A stretch of DNA of 64,000 nt from a virus (lineage: Duplodnaviria; Caudoviricetes): positions 24,531 through 88,530 of IMG/VR virus record IMGVR_UViG_3300042452_000698; one strand, written 5' to 3'. Numbering within the stretch: the first letter of the stretch is position 1; the number at the start of each line of letters is the position of its first letter. The notes under the pieces were generated by a model. The model made no database searches and was not told the DNA's origin. It was given only the letters and a program-made list of their open reading frames with translations. The position numbers were made by a program, and so were the translations under genes. Positions 1 through 8,007 of the stretch are shown here, piece after piece.

Positions 1-661
1 GTCACCACTATCTTCAGAGTGGAACGAGTATGTACTTGGATTGTTTGATCCTAGTGAGCTTGTTGATGGAAACCCACTAGTGGCTGGACTAAGACGAGTT
101 GCAGAGCTTGTTTTAGGTCCATTAGTTTTTAGTGGTCCAACACAAGTATTTCCAGTTCAAAGAGATGATCATCATGGTAGAGCTACGGTTGTTTTTACTG
201 TAGAATTTGCCAACGGCGCAAGATACGCAGAAGTTGCAGATTCTTGGGAAGGTAATACTGATGATATGTTTTGTGCGTTTGCTGTAGCTATAGCAAGCAC
301 AAGAGCAGAAGCTAGGGCTTTGAGAAAAGCTTTAAAGATTAAGGCCGTCGCGGCAGAAGAACTAACAAAGAAGGATACCGCTAAGATTGTTAGAGAAATG
401 TCATCTACCAAAACAACTAGCGACGGTGACTATAATGATCAAAGTAGGATGAGTGATGCTCAATCTAACTTTATTGATGTAAAGTGCAAGCAATTAAATA
501 TTAATGGCTTGAATTTGCTAAAAGTGTTTAATCTGGATATAAATAAGAAGATTTCCAAGAAAGCTGCTAGCGATATTATAGATAAGCTAAATGATTTTCA
601 GAGAGATAAGAATTCTATACCAGAAGATTTATTAGGGTACCAACCAGAGTGGAGAAATTAA
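1..661 (+). CDS. Rad52/Rad22-like single-strand annealing protein (5'-truncated by window edge)
   Basis: Frame 2 is open from base 2 (SPLSSEWNEYVLGLFDP...). Motif AVAIASTRAEARALRKALKI...AAEEL after a beta-rich segment resembles Rad52/Sak-type SSAPs. C-terminal MSDAQSNFI...ISKKAASDIIDKL helical tail is typical of phage SSAPs. Confidence 0.55.
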   Translation, partial: SPLSSEWNEYVLGLFDPSELVDGNPLVAGLRRVAELVLGPLVFSGPTQVFPVQRDDHHGRATVVFTVEFANGARYAEVADSWEGNTDDMFCAFAVAIASTRAEARALRKALKIKAVAAEELTKKDTAKIVREMSSTKTTSDGDYNDQSRMSDAQSNFIDVKCKQLNINGLNLLKVFNLDINKKISKKAASDIIDKLNDFQRDKNSIPEDLLGYQPEWRN

Positions 662-996
662 TGAGACTTACATATACTACAAAGAATGGCAGAATTAAGG
701 TAGAAGTAGAAGGCGAATCTCAGAAGGATCTATTTTTAGAACTTAGTCGCTTTCAAGAAGTTTTCGAAGAGACAAACTGTGGAAAGTGCGGATCTGATGA
801 TTTAAGATTTATCGTTAGAACCGTGGATGATAATCAGTACTATGAACTCAAGTGTATGAAGTGTGGTGCTAGATTAGCGTTTGGTGTTCATAAGAAGGGT
901 GGCGGTTTATTTCCAAAGAGGAAAGATAGTGATGGCAAGTGGTTGCCAGACAATGGGTGGGTAAAGTGGAACCCAAAGACTGAGCAATCGGAATAA
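661..996 (+). CDS. Zn-ribbon protein (CGKC...CMKC), function unknown
   Basis: ATG at 661 overlaps the upstream stop (TAATG), with GGAG at 651-654. Two CxxC pairs. Confidence 0.7.
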   Translation: MRLTYTTKNGRIKVEVEGESQKDLFLELSRFQEVFEETNCGKCGSDDLRFIVRTVDDNQYYELKCMKCGARLAFGVHKKGGGLFPKRKDSDGKWLPDNGWVKWNPKTEQSE

Positions 997-1022
997 TTAC
1001 AATTTCTTTTCTTGGATAGAAG

Positions 1023-1057
1023 TACCCGTAGTAGATTCCTACTGCGGGTATTTTTTT
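1023..1057 (+). terminator. Rho-independent terminator where the + and - gene blocks converge
   Basis: Stem TACCCGTAGTAG / CTACTGCGGGTA (12 bp, one G-U), loop ATTC, followed by T7. Confidence 0.85.
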
Positions 1058-1148
1058 ATCTCATGTATATCAAGAACCATGCCATAAATGTTGCTAGAAC
1101 AGTCGCTAATGTTGCCATGCAAAATAAAAATGCATTAATTTTATTCAT
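1056..1148 (-). CDS. 30-aa single-pass membrane peptide (not in the ORF track)
   Basis: Hand translation MNKINAFLFCMATLATVLATFMAWFLIYMR*. Its ATG overlaps the patatin TGA (ATGA coupling). About 22-residue hydrophobic core. Confidence 0.6.
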   Translation of the reverse strand: MNKINAFLFCMATLATVLATFMAWFLIYMR

Positions 1149-2008
1149 ATTATTCCATTCTTTTTTAATAGAGTGTTAAAGCTATATTTCTTAAATATGT
1201 AATTTAGCTCTTCTGAATCTCTTATAATATAATTTTTCTGCCCCAAGACCGTTCCTGTTTTAGCCATATAAAAGTCTGTATTCTCAAAAAATACTTCTGT
1301 TGGCTCTACTATGTTTATATTTATTTTATCCCTATCGTATTTTGTACTATTGCCTAGCCACCCCTCCAAATCTCTTACTAAGATTTCAAATAAGTTTATT
1401 TCTAAGGCTCTTAATCCCATTAGAAGTGGAGATAAAAACCCGTTTGGTATTCTATTCCACTTTGATAAAAATAGTGGCCTTCCAAGTATTAAATAAACAT
1501 CTGTGCATCCAGAGTTAACGCATTTTTCAATTGGGGCTATTTCTCTACTACCAGCGTCAACCCATCCATTTCTATCTTGAACTAATCCGCTTATAGCTAC
1601 GCTTCCTAAAATAGCTTCTTTGAATGTGTTTAAGTCTGAACTTTTATTGGAAACATATTCTAGATAACCATCTAAAATATTCATTCTACAAACTACGCTT
1701 TCGCACGTTGCTGGATTTTTAAGGGCTTTTATAACTATTTTTTCCATAGGTTTTTGATTTAATAATCCAGATTTCCACAAAAATGAATAGTTCAAACCAA
1801 AAACGCTAAAGATATTTTTTATATCAGCCCATAGATTGACAAGCCCGTTTGGACCCAAATGAGAATATGCGGCAGAACAAATAGATCCAGAAGATATTCC
1901 TATTGTATAATCAGCTACCACGCCTTTTTCATATAAAGACAAAGCTATGCCAGCTTGGATAGAGCCTCTAGCGCCTTCTCCTGTAAAACAAAACCCAGTT
2001 TTTTTCAT
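1145..2008 (-). CDS. Patatin-like phospholipase
   Basis: Oxyanion-loop FTGEGARG, nucleophile elbow GISSG (GxSxG), and WVDAG (variant of the DGG catalytic Asp motif). Confidence 0.88.
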   Translation of the reverse strand: MKKTGFCFTGEGARGSIQAGIALSLYEKGVVADYTIGISSGSICSAAYSHLGPNGLVNLWADIKNIFSVFGLNYSFLWKSGLLNQKPMEKIVIKALKNPATCESVVCRMNILDGYLEYVSNKSSDLNTFKEAILGSVAISGLVQDRNGWVDAGSREIAPIEKCVNSGCTDVYLILGRPLFLSKWNRIPNGFLSPLLMGLRALEINLFEILVRDLEGWLGNSTKYDRDKININIVEPTEVFFENTDFYMAKTGTVLGQKNYIIRDSEELNYIFKKYSFNTLLKKNGII

Positions 2009-2532
2009 GCTAGTTCTCTCTCTTTTCTTGGAGAAGCTCCAAATAATGATACAATATATTCTAAAATATTCCAGAAAAATAACTTATCTAAAACTGGATT
2101 AGAGTAATTTGATAGAACACAATAATATCTATTAAATGGTTTTGTGTGATGAATAGAGTGTTGCCTTGGAGATTGTAGTAAACCAAGATCTTGAAAAAAT
2201 CTAATAAATTTGTTGCATCTTAAGTGTGACCAACAATGTATTTCGTTTGATTGAGACACTATCAACATTGTAAGCACTAAGAAATATAGCTGAAAATAGT
2301 AAAATAAACTAGCAAGTAATATACATGGAATTAGTGTTGTGGCATTTCTATAAAGATATGATCCTCTACAAAATTTAGTCATGTGCTTATGATGCTCTAT
2401 ATTTGGCTTAATTATATATTTACCAACTAGTGGCCAATCTGGATTGCCATATCTATCCTCCCACCAGTGAAATATTCCAGATATTAATTCTGCTAAAAAG
2501 AACGCAGCTATGAAATATAGTATATAGTACAT
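2005..2532 (-). CDS. CarF/TMEM189(PEDS1)/FAD4-family membrane lipid desaturase
   Basis: His boxes ELISGIFHWWED, EHHKH, NEIHCWSH and QHSIHH, plus YYCV..NY.NP.LD. Hydrophobic TM segments present. Confidence 0.85.
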   Translation of the reverse strand: MYYILYFIAAFFLAELISGIFHWWEDRYGNPDWPLVGKYIIKPNIEHHKHMTKFCRGSYLYRNATTLIPCILLASLFYYFQLYFLVLTMLIVSQSNEIHCWSHLRCNKFIRFFQDLGLLQSPRQHSIHHTKPFNRYYCVLSNYSNPVLDKLFFWNILEYIVSLFGASPRKERELA

Positions 2533-2534
2533 AA

Positions 2535-3317
2535 TTATTTATTTAAGAAAAAAGAATCAAACTCTTCTTTTAAACATTTTCTTATTTCTTCTGCATCTTC
2601 ACTATTTAGTAAGTTGTCGTATAGCTCTTCTTGTTTTTTAGATTTGAAAATAAATCTTCCTTCAAAAAATGCTTTAGATGCTCTTTCTAGGTTATAGTAT
2701 ATTATTCTTTTTAATTGAGGGTTTTGTTCTAAATGTTCTCTTGCTCTTTGCTTTGCGGTTATGTATAAAGCAATTGAATAAATAGAAAAGTCTAAACACC
2801 CAGAAACTTCATCTGTTCCTGTGTCTACCTTTATTTTTCTAGCATAGTCATCTATTGAAGATTCGCCACCGCATATATACGCCGTCCATTCATCTAGTAC
2901 ATATGTTGGTCTATCGTTCCAATATTTTAACTGATCGCTAAAGTATAATTTAAATCTATATGATCTTAAAGATGGTGGAATGTTGTCCTTAACATTTGAT
3001 AAAAGAAAATCTAATTCCTTAACAAGAGCAATTTTACCATTTAAACAATATAGTGCATTATGCCTTTCTTTGAGGCTAGAAGTATACATATTTCTATATG
3101 TTGCATGTATTCCGTGCGCACTTTCGTGAACATTTGTGCTTCTTCCGTTGTCATTACCAAAAGGGGCTTCTACAGAATGTGAGATTACATCTTGATATAT
3201 TCCAGCGTCATCGATCTGACGAATAAGTGGTATATCAACAAAATCTGGCAGAGGCTCTATAGAAAAAGAACTACTGCATATACAGAAATAGAAAAGAAAA
3301 CAGTATAATAGGCGCAT
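2535..3317 (-). CDS. Exported zincin-like metallopeptidase (HExxH)
   Basis: N-terminal signal-like peptide MRLLYCFLFYFCICSSSFS. TNVHESAHGIH motif, with downstream LDEWTAY as a candidate third Zn ligand. SD AGGAGG. Confidence 0.55.
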   Translation of the reverse strand: MRLLYCFLFYFCICSSSFSIEPLPDFVDIPLIRQIDDAGIYQDVISHSVEAPFGNDNGRSTNVHESAHGIHATYRNMYTSSLKERHNALYCLNGKIALVKELDFLLSNVKDNIPPSLRSYRFKLYFSDQLKYWNDRPTYVLDEWTAYICGGESSIDDYARKIKVDTGTDEVSGCLDFSIYSIALYITAKQRAREHLEQNPQLKRIIYYNLERASKAFFEGRFIFKSKKQEELYDNLLNSEDAEEIRKCLKEEFDSFFLNK

Positions 3318-3331
3318 AGGAGAATCCTCCT
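3318..3331 (-). promoter_or_regulatory. Hairpin sequestering the SD of the metallopeptidase gene
   Basis: Minus strand reads AGGAG-GATT-CTCCT-ATG: the SD pairs with a perfect complement directly before the start codon. Confidence 0.45.
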
Positions 3332-3337
3332 TTTATA

Positions 3338-3709
3338 TTAGTCACGCCCAAAGCACACGCACCAATATATTCTATTGTTTTTATCTTTAGCGTATCCACA
3401 ACCTATCTTGGTGTAGCTTCGACCCATGATATTAAGTCTGTGTCCCGGCGACCATAACCAAGCATTAATAACAGACTTTTCTGATGATTGACCCCAAGCT
3501 ATATTTTCTCCAACCACAGAAAATCCAAGATTCATTATACTTCTCATTGAAGAATGAATCATACGACCATTAGAAGCCATCCACTCTGCATGGTTTTGTG
3601 CATAACTCATTAACACTTCATCCTTTTTTAGTGGATGAATTTTTCCAAACCAGCTTTTAGCTCTGGCTTGATTGTGTAAATCAATTAGAGTGTCAGTACT
3701 AATACTCAT
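3338..3709 (-). CDS. CAP/SCP (PR-1/Tpx) domain protein
   Basis: LHNQAR...L...AQNHAEWM...IHS...GENIAWG...W..SPGHR.NI...YTKIG.G...YWC..FG matches the CAP consensus. Confidence 0.9.
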   Translation of the reverse strand: MSISTDTLIDLHNQARAKSWFGKIHPLKKDEVLMSYAQNHAEWMASNGRMIHSSMRSIMNLGFSVVGENIAWGQSSEKSVINAWLWSPGHRLNIMGRSYTKIGCGYAKDKNNRIYWCVCFGRD

Positions 3710-4419
3710 AGATATTCTACAGTAAAATATAATCCATACTGAGTTTTACTACCAACAGTTTCTGGTTCTGAGCTTAAAGCAACATACCAATCGTGCCTTG
3801 TTGATTGATGAACGCTTCCTTGCTGTGCTAAGTAACCTAAATTAACATTTGTGTCTTGAGAATTAGTATTTGTTCCACTTACTCCGGGAGAGTTAGTAAA
3901 TGGCATATCTAATAAAGACAACGCTGGATCAAACTCAAACCAGCTATTATCAGATCTTCCTTTAAAGCTTAAATTTGATACAGTTGATGTTGTTGCTGGA
4001 TGCCTTGATTCATACACATATGTAACAACGCCACTAGCATGATTATTTATACTATTTCTATCAAATATTCTTAATTTGCAGTTCTGAACTCTAACTGGTG
4101 ATGTGTGTGTAAATCTAATATTTAATGGGCATAAATAGTTTGGTAATCTATCTAAATTAATTTTTGATGCGGCATTTATACTCACTTCTCCTTGGGTTAC
4201 AGAGTCGCCCTTTGTGACTAAAGCCGTGTTATTTAGTCTAGCGCCTTCTAATGTGCCAATAGAATTTGTTATAAATGTTGTTGTTTGTTGAGATCCAACT
4301 GGAACAGAAATTCCAAAGCCGTTGCCGTAGAAACCAATACCAGAACCGGCGGAACTATTTATAGCCTGTCCGTCGCCGCCTTGATCTTTAATATTACCAT
4401 AAAATGTAATTTCTGCCAT
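3706..4419 (-). CDS. Hypothetical virion structural protein (beta-rich)
   Basis: 237-aa G/S/T/N-rich ORF with SD GGGAG, downstream of the tail-tip genes. Confidence 0.45.
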   Translation of the reverse strand: MAEITFYGNIKDQGGDGQAINSSAGSGIGFYGNGFGISVPVGSQQTTTFITNSIGTLEGARLNNTALVTKGDSVTQGEVSINAASKINLDRLPNYLCPLNIRFTHTSPVRVQNCKLRIFDRNSINNHASGVVTYVYESRHPATTSTVSNLSFKGRSDNSWFEFDPALSLLDMPFTNSPGVSGTNTNSQDTNVNLGYLAQQGSVHQSTRHDWYVALSSEPETVGSKTQYGLYFTVEYL

Positions 4420-4456
4420 AAAATTCTCCCTATATTTGTGGAAATCTATATAAATA

Positions 4457-4462
4457 ATACAC
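4457..4462 (-). promoter_or_regulatory. Putative late promoter motif GTGTAT (copy 1)
   Basis: GTGTATTATTTATATAG, about 38 nt upstream of the ATG at 4419. Confidence 0.5.
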
Positions 4463-4475
4463 GAAATTGGCTAAA

Positions 4476-7400
4476 TTATGTAACTCCAATTTCTAGTACA
4501 ATATACTGAGCAAAAGCGGCATCAAATGGCGTTTCCGTTCCTACTGTGTGTAGAATATCATTGTGCATAAAATAAAATGCATCATATCTTCCATTTCCTC
4601 CATTTGGGGTTATTTGGGTTCTTTCTTCTCCATCTGCTTTTAGTTTTCCATCGCCGCTGGATAAGGTTAGTTTTGTAATTGGTACTCTTTCTAATGGTCC
4701 TTGATCAATATATATTTTTTTATATACTTTACCATTTTTAGCCATTAATTTTGCTCCAAACCCAGTACCGTTTGTTTCTTGTCCAATTATACCGCCTCTT
4801 TTTGCGGTTTCGTTGTAAAAATTTATTGGAACATACCCTTCGCCTTTATTTAATATTGTCCATTTGCCTTCAATTAAAGATCCGTTTGGTCCAGTTTCAT
4901 TAATTTGAATTTGAGCGCCACCATTAAAATTTATTAAGTCTCCAGCTTTATAACCTTGTCCAGAAAATGTTTGATCTTCAACTCCGGGAGGTAAAACTTC
5001 TAAATCTGATTTTTTCACAATTTTAATTGATGATTCGTCTATTCCTATAACACGCCTATAATATCTAAATCCTCCACCACTAACCAGCATTCCACGCCTA
5101 ATTTTATTTACAAACCATTTGTTTTGTGATTTTAAAACAGAAGAAAATATTATTAGGGTTCCTTCTTGAATTCTAGAAATTTCACCATCGAATGTTGGTT
5201 CTGTAAAGTCTACACTATCATCTATTGGATTAAAATGTAATACAGAAAAATATCTTCCATCATAAAATGTTTGGCTGTCTGGCCACTGATCAAACATTCT
5301 AACGTGTAAAGCTGTGGTTCCCATACTAGTTATCGCGTCTGTTCGTTCTCTATCACCCCACTGTGCGACAAGCCTTTCTTTAATATCGCTTCCGGGAGAA
5401 TAACTTAGCACCAACCCGCCGGGGATTGTGATGATGCTTGGATTACTACCGGCGGCTGTTGCCTGTGGAGTCATTCCAAGAGATTGTTTTGTTTTAAATG
5501 TTACCGATATGTTTGCTGGAATAGATATTTTATTTTTTGATGCAATAATACCAATAACATTCGATCTTTCGTCGCCCATATCTTCTAATGGAATTATATC
5601 TGGACCACCAAGAGGTGCTGACTGAAGTTTAGCATGATTCGTGTATGGACCAAATCTAATGTAAGAGTCTCCTATAACGCCATTAGTAGAAGATGAAAGA
5701 TTAAATGTAAACATATTATTTCTTTCTGTAAAAGAAGTTGGAAATAATATATGTCTTTCTGTTGCTATTTTTCCTTCTTCTAAACCAGTGTTTAATTGAA
5801 ATACTTTTCCATCTCGCACCGTATTTCTTAAATTAGAATAAATAAAATTATTTGATTGAAAAATATAACTTAAACTTAATGCTGCCCCAAATTGCAATGG
5901 AGAAAATTGTATTATATTTGGTTGCGCTGGGCTTAATGCCAATAAATCTGATTTTGTGATATTGGGAGAAGACGGCGGTGTTGACGGAGAACTATTTGAT
6001 GATGTTTCATCATATGTTAAATAAGAATATCTTTCAGAAGATGTAAAATGATCTATAAAAAATTGTGGCAAATAATCTTGACTATTTGTTGGTATATTAA
6101 TTCTTTCTACTGGATATGAAAATTTCCCCTTGAATGATCCATTTAAAGCCATTTCTGCTGGAACTTGTAGTAAATTTGAATCAGTGGGATCATCTATATT
6201 TTTGAACAATCCCTTAATAGAGCTACGTAAATGTGGTATCACAATATGATCAGTATCGTTATCTTCCTGCTCGATAGAAAGAGGAATGCCGGTGACAAAA
6301 AATTTATGAATATTGTTATTATTAGTAGTAATATTTTTACCAACAGATATATCTTTAAATTTTAAAACAGACGCTGAAGTATATCCATTTGGAAAAACTG
6401 GTCCCCAAAAATTTGGAACATCACGAAAATACAACTCTTCAGAATCTGGTTTTAATACGTTCGTTCCAGCAATAACAGTTTTATTATTTGTTCCACCAAG
6501 TTCTTTGTGTAATTGGTCAAAAACTGTTGATTGATAATATCTAGTGCTTAATTCAATATCATATTCTTCCGGCTGCGGCAAATTGGAGCTTCTTGCTATA
6601 GCTTGTTCTGGAGTTAAATCAAAATAAATATTTAAAAGAGCAGTTTCTTGTTTATCTGCTCTTGCATTCTCAAGGTATTCAAAATGGTCTTGAACACTAA
6701 GGTCTTCTCCATTAATATATTGCATATAATACTTTATTTTCATTTTTTGCTCATAAACTTGTGGTGTTATGCGTGCGCTATATGCAAATCCGTTACCCTC
6801 TTTATATCTAATATCTCTAAAGAAGTCTTCATTGTTTACAATAAATTTTTGAAACTGCCATCTTCCTACGCCGGTTTGTTTATTTGTTGTTGGTATATCA
6901 AACCCTTGAATTATCCATTCATTATCAATGTGACTTAATAAAACAACGTCTCCCCTTTTAAATGTTCTATTAGATCTATTAACAACAAGTTTTTCTTCTA
7001 ATTTTTTAGATCCATCAATTGGACACCCAATATAATTTGGGCCATACATATACGGATTTCCATTTTCCATACTTAGTGGCAAGGCTTTTCCAACAGAAAA
7101 TTGTCCTATATATAGAGGAGAAGATGGATCATATACATCTTTAGAATTTCTTCCAGTAAAGCCATCTATAGAACCAACATTGGCAGAATCAACATCGGTT
7201 GTTAATCTTGCAAGAACTTGGTGCGTTCCAGATTGCCACATTCCAGTAGATTTATTATATCTAATATCTAATTTTCCAGCGACAGAGTTTGCTGGATTAC
7301 TTATTCCACCCTCACTTGGTCTTGTATAAACGCCGACATCAGAAAGATTTGTATTTTCTTGTCCAAATGTTAAATTGCTTATTGTTCTTGGTATATCTAC

Positions 7401-8000
7401 TATTAGCGGGCTTCCTCTTAATCCTATTGCTTTACCATCTTCCGGTCTTTCTCTTGTAAATAATTTTAATGTAATTTTTGGATTTTGCGTTCCAGTAATT
7501 GCATCATATTGCGCAGTAAACGACAAGCATCCAGAAAGACTAGTTTGTATTTTTGTGGATATATTTAAAATATCTTCTCTAGAAATTGCAGAATCTCCTT
7601 CTCCTCCAAGCAAATCGTCTTTAGTTGTGATAAACTTATCGTATAGAGTTAAAAAATTATCTAGTGACGATATAGACGAAACTTTATCAACAACAGTACC
7701 ATCATCCTTTACATACTTAAATATATTATTTCCGCTTTCATATTCATATTGATTGTCTATTTTATCAAATTTGATTATAGATAAGTCTGACAATTCTGGA
7801 CGTAATAATGCCTCTTTTGCATCATCAATGTTTTTGGTTGTCTCAAAAAAATCTTTAACATCAGAGTTGCTATCTTTTAAGAAATTTTCTAAAGAATTCT
7901 TTGTATATGAAGCCATTCCTAGCTGCCCAAGAGCAAAATCTTTTGTAGAAAAAATATGAAATTCCTTCTTTCTACTATATATATTCATGTTATTATTCAT
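4476..8000 (-). CDS. Tail tip/baseplate-associated structural protein
   Basis: 1174 aa, located in the tail-tip block. C-terminal ILNKGEGY / GTGFGAKL motifs resemble phage tail-fibre and baseplate beta repeats. Confidence 0.45.
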   Translation of the reverse strand: MNNNMNIYSRKKEFHIFSTKDFALGQLGMASYTKNSLENFLKDSNSDVKDFFETTKNIDDAKEALLRPELSDLSIIKFDKIDNQYEYESGNNIFKYVKDDGTVVDKVSSISSLDNFLTLYDKFITTKDDLLGGEGDSAISREDILNISTKIQTSLSGCLSFTAQYDAITGTQNPKITLKLFTRERPEDGKAIGLRGSPLIVDIPRTISNLTFGQENTNLSDVGVYTRPSEGGISNPANSVAGKLDIRYNKSTGMWQSGTHQVLARLTTDVDSANVGSIDGFTGRNSKDVYDPSSPLYIGQFSVGKALPLSMENGNPYMYGPNYIGCPIDGSKKLEEKLVVNRSNRTFKRGDVVLLSHIDNEWIIQGFDIPTTNKQTGVGRWQFQKFIVNNEDFFRDIRYKEGNGFAYSARITPQVYEQKMKIKYYMQYINGEDLSVQDHFEYLENARADKQETALLNIYFDLTPEQAIARSSNLPQPEEYDIELSTRYYQSTVFDQLHKELGGTNNKTVIAGTNVLKPDSEELYFRDVPNFWGPVFPNGYTSASVLKFKDISVGKNITTNNNNIHKFFVTGIPLSIEQEDNDTDHIVIPHLRSSIKGLFKNIDDPTDSNLLQVPAEMALNGSFKGKFSYPVERINIPTNSQDYLPQFFIDHFTSSERYSYLTYDETSSNSSPSTPPSSPNITKSDLLALSPAQPNIIQFSPLQFGAALSLSYIFQSNNFIYSNLRNTVRDGKVFQLNTGLEEGKIATERHILFPTSFTERNNMFTFNLSSSTNGVIGDSYIRFGPYTNHAKLQSAPLGGPDIIPLEDMGDERSNVIGIIASKNKISIPANISVTFKTKQSLGMTPQATAAGSNPSIITIPGGLVLSYSPGSDIKERLVAQWGDRERTDAITSMGTTALHVRMFDQWPDSQTFYDGRYFSVLHFNPIDDSVDFTEPTFDGEISRIQEGTLIIFSSVLKSQNKWFVNKIRRGMLVSGGGFRYYRRVIGIDESSIKIVKKSDLEVLPPGVEDQTFSGQGYKAGDLINFNGGAQIQINETGPNGSLIEGKWTILNKGEGYVPINFYNETAKRGGIIGQETNGTGFGAKLMAKNGKVYKKIYIDQGPLERVPITKLTLSSGDGKLKADGEERTQITPNGGNGRYDAFYFMHNDILHTVGTETPFDAAFAQYIVLEIGVT

Positions 8001-8007
8001 TTTAGTC

